IMG/VR virus record: IMGVR_UViG_3300022670_001120
Coordinates: 1 to 42,099 of that record
DNA length: 42,099 bases
DNA from: a virus
Taxonomy: Duplodnaviria; Caudoviricetes
Direction: 5' to 3' (one strand)
Each line of letters begins with the position of its first letter. Position 1 is the stretch's first letter. Shown piece by piece: positions 39,174 to 42,099 of this stretch. Under the pieces are notes generated by a model. That model worked only from the letters and a program-made list of their open reading frames with translations. It was not told where the DNA came from and did no database searches. The position numbers were made by a program, and so were the translations under genes.

Positions 39174-39400
39174 TTGACCACCACTTGCTCAGATTTAACA
39201 AGCGGGATATAGCCATCAGCAGTCTCCTCATTACATCTCTCACAGGTAAAATCCCCTTGAGTTTCAGGGTTTACCGGATGGACAGTGAGATGGTCAGGGA
39301 GTCCTAATCCTTTGACTAATTTTGTATTCTTCAACATAAACTCTGAAAGTGTACCAAAGCACCTAGAGCATATGAAGAATTTATCTTCACGTGTTTGCAT
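39170..39400 (-). CDS. Small Zn-finger protein
   Basis: CSRC...CERC; motif variant TAGTTCCCT 26 nt upstream. Confidence 0.6.
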   Translation of the reverse strand: MQTREDKFFICSRCFGTLSEFMLKNTKLVKGLGLPDHLTVHPVNPETQGDFTCERCNEETADGYIPLVKSEQVVVK

Positions 39401-39470
39401 AGTCTGAACGATTCCTATACACTAAAGGGAACTAAAAAGGGATCGATCTAGAGTTTTTCTAAATTTTACA

Positions 39471-39488
39471 AGTATCTCATGAGATACA
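39471..39488. promoter_or_regulatory. 18-bp palindromic operator
   Basis: agtatctcatgagataca (16-bp perfect core). Confidence 0.7.
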
Positions 39489-39504
39489 GAGTTTTCTGAA
39501 CGTG

Positions 39505-39578
39505 AAGAGTGGCGTGATAGCCAGGCCCTCATAATTGTTCAGACTATGAAAACTGAACTGACTACCACGCCAATCTCA
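39505..39578 (-). ncRNA. Candidate structured small antisense RNA
   Basis: 15-bp stem (39510-39524/39558-39572) fully closed by G-U pairs on the minus strand; inner hairpin; TTTATAA about 25 nt upstream. Confidence 0.6.
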
Positions 39579-39630
39579 TTCATACTTTAACATGTTATAA
39601 ACTTAATCAGAATTTCCCTAGTGTGGGAAG

Positions 39631-39648
39631 TGTAACCTATAGGATACA
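39631..39648. promoter_or_regulatory. 18-bp palindromic operator
   Basis: tgtaacctataggataca. Confidence 0.65.
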
Positions 39649-39736
39649 ATCAAAAATTATAGTTAGTAAGAACTGTTTTTTTTAATATATGAATTATTTA
39701 ATAATTGTTTTAGTATTTAGTATTATTTCCACATTA

Positions 39737-41056
39737 CTAGTTGTTATCTTTTATTCTTTTCCAAGACTTTAGTAACTCCGATTGCATTGCTGGATTGTTC
39801 TGGTATTGCATCATGTTTTCAAGTTTTGAACGGGTGATTATAGATAACTTTTCATCCATCTCTTTTAATTTCTCATCCATTGTTTTTTCTAATTTAATTC
39901 CAGTGATCGTATTTACTGGTCTTCCACACTTGTAGCAAAAGTCTGCATCAATAGGATTTTCTGTTCTACATACCTGGCATACAATATGTGGATTGTTCTT
40001 TGTCTTCTTTTTAGCATTTAATCCATGATATTCTCGGAGTGCATCATCTACATCTTCATCTACAATATGCTGATATTTTGCAAGCATTCTAGTCATTGGA
40101 GACCAACCGTGCCTCTTTTTTGTCTGACCATCAGAGAGTGGTCCTATCATTCTAGTAACCTCTGAATGTCTAAACAAATTAAGATAGATTCGTTTTCTAA
40201 TTCCTGCTTGTTTTGCCAGGTTTTTTAATGTCTGGAGTGCTGTTTTGTGGGTTAGTGGTCGTCCTCTGTATCCCTTTTGGAACTGTATCCATAAAGGCCA
40301 TTCCACATTATCACGGAATGGGTGGGAGTTGAGCCATTGTGCAAGTGCAGGAGCTGATTCCACTAGAAGGATGTTTCGTGCCACAGTCTTTCCACTAACT
40401 GCAATTTTAAATCCAATATCATTATGTGTTACATTTTTCAAATAGATGTTTAGAACTTCACCGGGTCTAGCTCCTGACTCCCACAATACCCAGATAAAAG
40501 CACGCCACATCGTATCGCCATTACATCCTTCTAGAATTGCATCTCTATCGTCTTCAGTTAGTAGGGATTCTCGTACTAGAGTATCTTTGATTTTTTTAAT
40601 CTTGACATTTTTTATTAGTTTATGACATTGTACGTTATCAATTGCTGCAATGTCATGAGTTCCAGTGAAATACCAGCGAATAAAATGACGTAGGTATTTT
40701 TTTAAATCACTTGTAGTGTTTGATTCTTGGCCATCTTTAGTGGCATATTTTTTCATTATTTTTGTAACTATTCCGTCAATGTCAGATGAGGTGATTGATT
40801 TCTCCCAATTCTTGCCATACATTATGGTGATATTCTTTAGTGATTGCATTGCTTTGAGACGTGTTGCTTTGGCCTTTGATTGATTAATGAAATATCCATC
40901 AAATCCAAAAATTAGTTCTGCGTTATGTTTAGTTAATTGCTCTTTTACTAAAATTTCTATATTCTCTAATCTTTGATCATACTTGTGTACGTCAATTTGT
41001 ACAGGTGCATCCTCAACTGTTAGGTCCCCATACGGGTTTGCCTTTTTCCTTCTCAT
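39737..41056 (-). CDS. int: Tyrosine integrase with C-terminal Zn ribbon
   Basis: ESGARPGE, SGKT, LFRHS, HGW, catalytic KYQH; CQVC...CYKC. Confidence 0.92.
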   Translation of the reverse strand: MRRKKANPYGDLTVEDAPVQIDVHKYDQRLENIEILVKEQLTKHNAELIFGFDGYFINQSKAKATRLKAMQSLKNITIMYGKNWEKSITSSDIDGIVTKIMKKYATKDGQESNTTSDLKKYLRHFIRWYFTGTHDIAAIDNVQCHKLIKNVKIKKIKDTLVRESLLTEDDRDAILEGCNGDTMWRAFIWVLWESGARPGEVLNIYLKNVTHNDIGFKIAVSGKTVARNILLVESAPALAQWLNSHPFRDNVEWPLWIQFQKGYRGRPLTHKTALQTLKNLAKQAGIRKRIYLNLFRHSEVTRMIGPLSDGQTKKRHGWSPMTRMLAKYQHIVDEDVDDALREYHGLNAKKKTKNNPHIVCQVCRTENPIDADFCYKCGRPVNTITGIKLEKTMDEKLKEMDEKLSIITRSKLENMMQYQNNPAMQSELLKSWKRIKDNN

Positions 41057-41407
41057 AGTCTGAACACCCCAAATAGAATTGTACAGTAATTAAATGTGAT
41101 CGGATGTGGGGGATGTCCCAAATGAATGAGTGCCAGGGGCGGGCATGAACACAAATGGGACATCTCGATCACTGTATTGTTAGGCTGCTCAATAATGGAG
41201 ATTTGCTGCATCATAACCCCAATTGTACGGCTTTGTAATAAGACCGATGAATTGTACAATTTCACAAAGAGAGTCATTCGTAGATATACCCCCCGCAAAC
41301 ACCACATCTTGGTATCATTCTTGTAGATGAGAAATCACGATTGCAACCTTTACAGTGAATAATTCGAAGCTTACATTTTTCTAAATATCTTTTTGCTAGG
41401 CCTGGAT

Positions 41408-41881
41408 TCATTTCAATCCCTCTATATTTTGTTTGTAGGTCTCTCTGATATCATCGCATTGTTTTGTGTCACATTGTACCTCTCCTAGAATTACTTGGCT
41501 TTGCCATGATGATTCTTGCCAAGGCATACTCCAAAGTAATGATTCGTTCTCACTCTCATGAGCCCACGATTCAATGGTTATCCAGCATCTGTTCTCAACT
41601 AGTTGTTTTGATGCAGACTGAATTGTTTGGTACATTTCTTGAGCTTCTTTCATAGGATTTGATGTTTGTTGTCCATCCTCTTTTACACTCTCATAATATG
41701 ATACCAACTCATCTATTGCATTGGCACAGTCAAAAGTGCTAGGAATCATTTTGACTTTAATTTCTGTAGCTGTTTGTGCTACTTCTGATACTTGTTCGCT
41801 AACTTCAGCGTTAAAAAATACGAGTCCAGTAATTGCAAGAATAGCTACTACTCCGATTATTGTAATGTGTTTTTTTTCCAT
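41408..41881 (-). CDS. Membrane-anchored protein
   Basis: N-terminal TM helix; four Cys. Confidence 0.65.
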   Translation of the reverse strand: MEKKHITIIGVVAILAITGLVFFNAEVSEQVSEVAQTATEIKVKMIPSTFDCANAIDELVSYYESVKEDGQQTSNPMKEAQEMYQTIQSASKQLVENRCWITIESWAHESENESLLWSMPWQESSWQSQVILGEVQCDTKQCDDIRETYKQNIEGLK

Positions 41882-41963
41882 AGCTTCTCATGTTACTTCT
41901 TGTATAATAAGTATAGCACACTACGCTATCCTTATATTGGTATAGCATGACAGTCTATACATC

Positions 41964-42099
41964 ATGAAACCCAAAATCCTTGAGGGTTTTGATCATGTCC
42001 TGTTTGTAATATGCCTTGTCCTTGGGGCAATGCATTTTGGACCATTACTCTGGCGTGTGACCGGTTTTACCATTGGCCACAGCATTACATTGTCCCTCG
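41964..42099 (+). CDS. Partial HupE/UreJ-family membrane protein (runs off the window)
   Basis: MKPKILEGFDHVLFVICL...VTGFTIGHSITLSL matches the G.DH.LF and FT.(A/G)HS.TL motifs. Confidence 0.65.
   Translation, partial: MKPKILEGFDHVLFVICLVLGAMHFGPLLWRVTGFTIGHSITLSL

Larger units (their letters stand above)
152..41881 (-). mobile_element. Temperate head-tailed archaeal virus/provirus (Caudoviricetes-like), probable Nitrososphaerota host
   Basis: Integrase, terminase, portal, HK97-like capsid and tail/fibre genes in canonical order; frequent ATGA/TTGA overlaps; no att direct repeat found, so ends are approximate. Confidence 0.9.

Noticed and set aside
41112-41165. tRNA 3' remnant or attachment site (CCCGCCCCTGGCA on the minus strand) within a gatgtccca/tgggacatc inverted repeat
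   Set aside because: No T-stem pairing, cloverleaf or second copy; the hairpin alone is not interpretable
41053-41307. 84-aa ORF upstream of int
   Set aside because: No motif support; the region looks regulatory, though coding cannot be excluded
41952-41986. Orphan TIGR unit (AGTCT-N8-TGAAACCCA); TGAAACCCA also at 33204
   Set aside because: Edge repeats do not match and both are explained by ATG AAA CCC AAA gene starts

Overview
Nearly the whole window is one AT-rich temperate head-tailed archaeal virus or provirus. The host is inferred to be Nitrososphaerota (Nitrosopumilaceae-like) from protein styles and archaeal promoter spacing. Read right to left on the minus strand, it carries a tyrosine integrase, an adenine methyltransferase, a DGQHR/ParB-like gene, terminase, portal, protease-like and scaffold genes, an HK97-type capsid, fibres, connector and tail genes. 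An accessory block of about 12 kb separates terminase from portal. The main finding is a TIGR-Tas-like RNA-guided locus in that block: a DGQHR/ParB-like gene, a nuclease-less Nop/IS110-C-terminal protein (TasA-like) with a Zn-ribbon insert, a small Zn finger, and a 15-unit ~36-nt dual-repeat/dual-spacer array (27309-27849). Also visible are 14 copies of a TAGTTCTCT upstream motif, an 18-bp palindromic operator family, a structured small RNA complementary to three start regions including the integrase's, a gene-cassette array bounded by ~55-bp repeats, two modular secreted paralogs and many unannotated microproteins. Protein calls come from motifs and synteny read by eye; no database searches were run.
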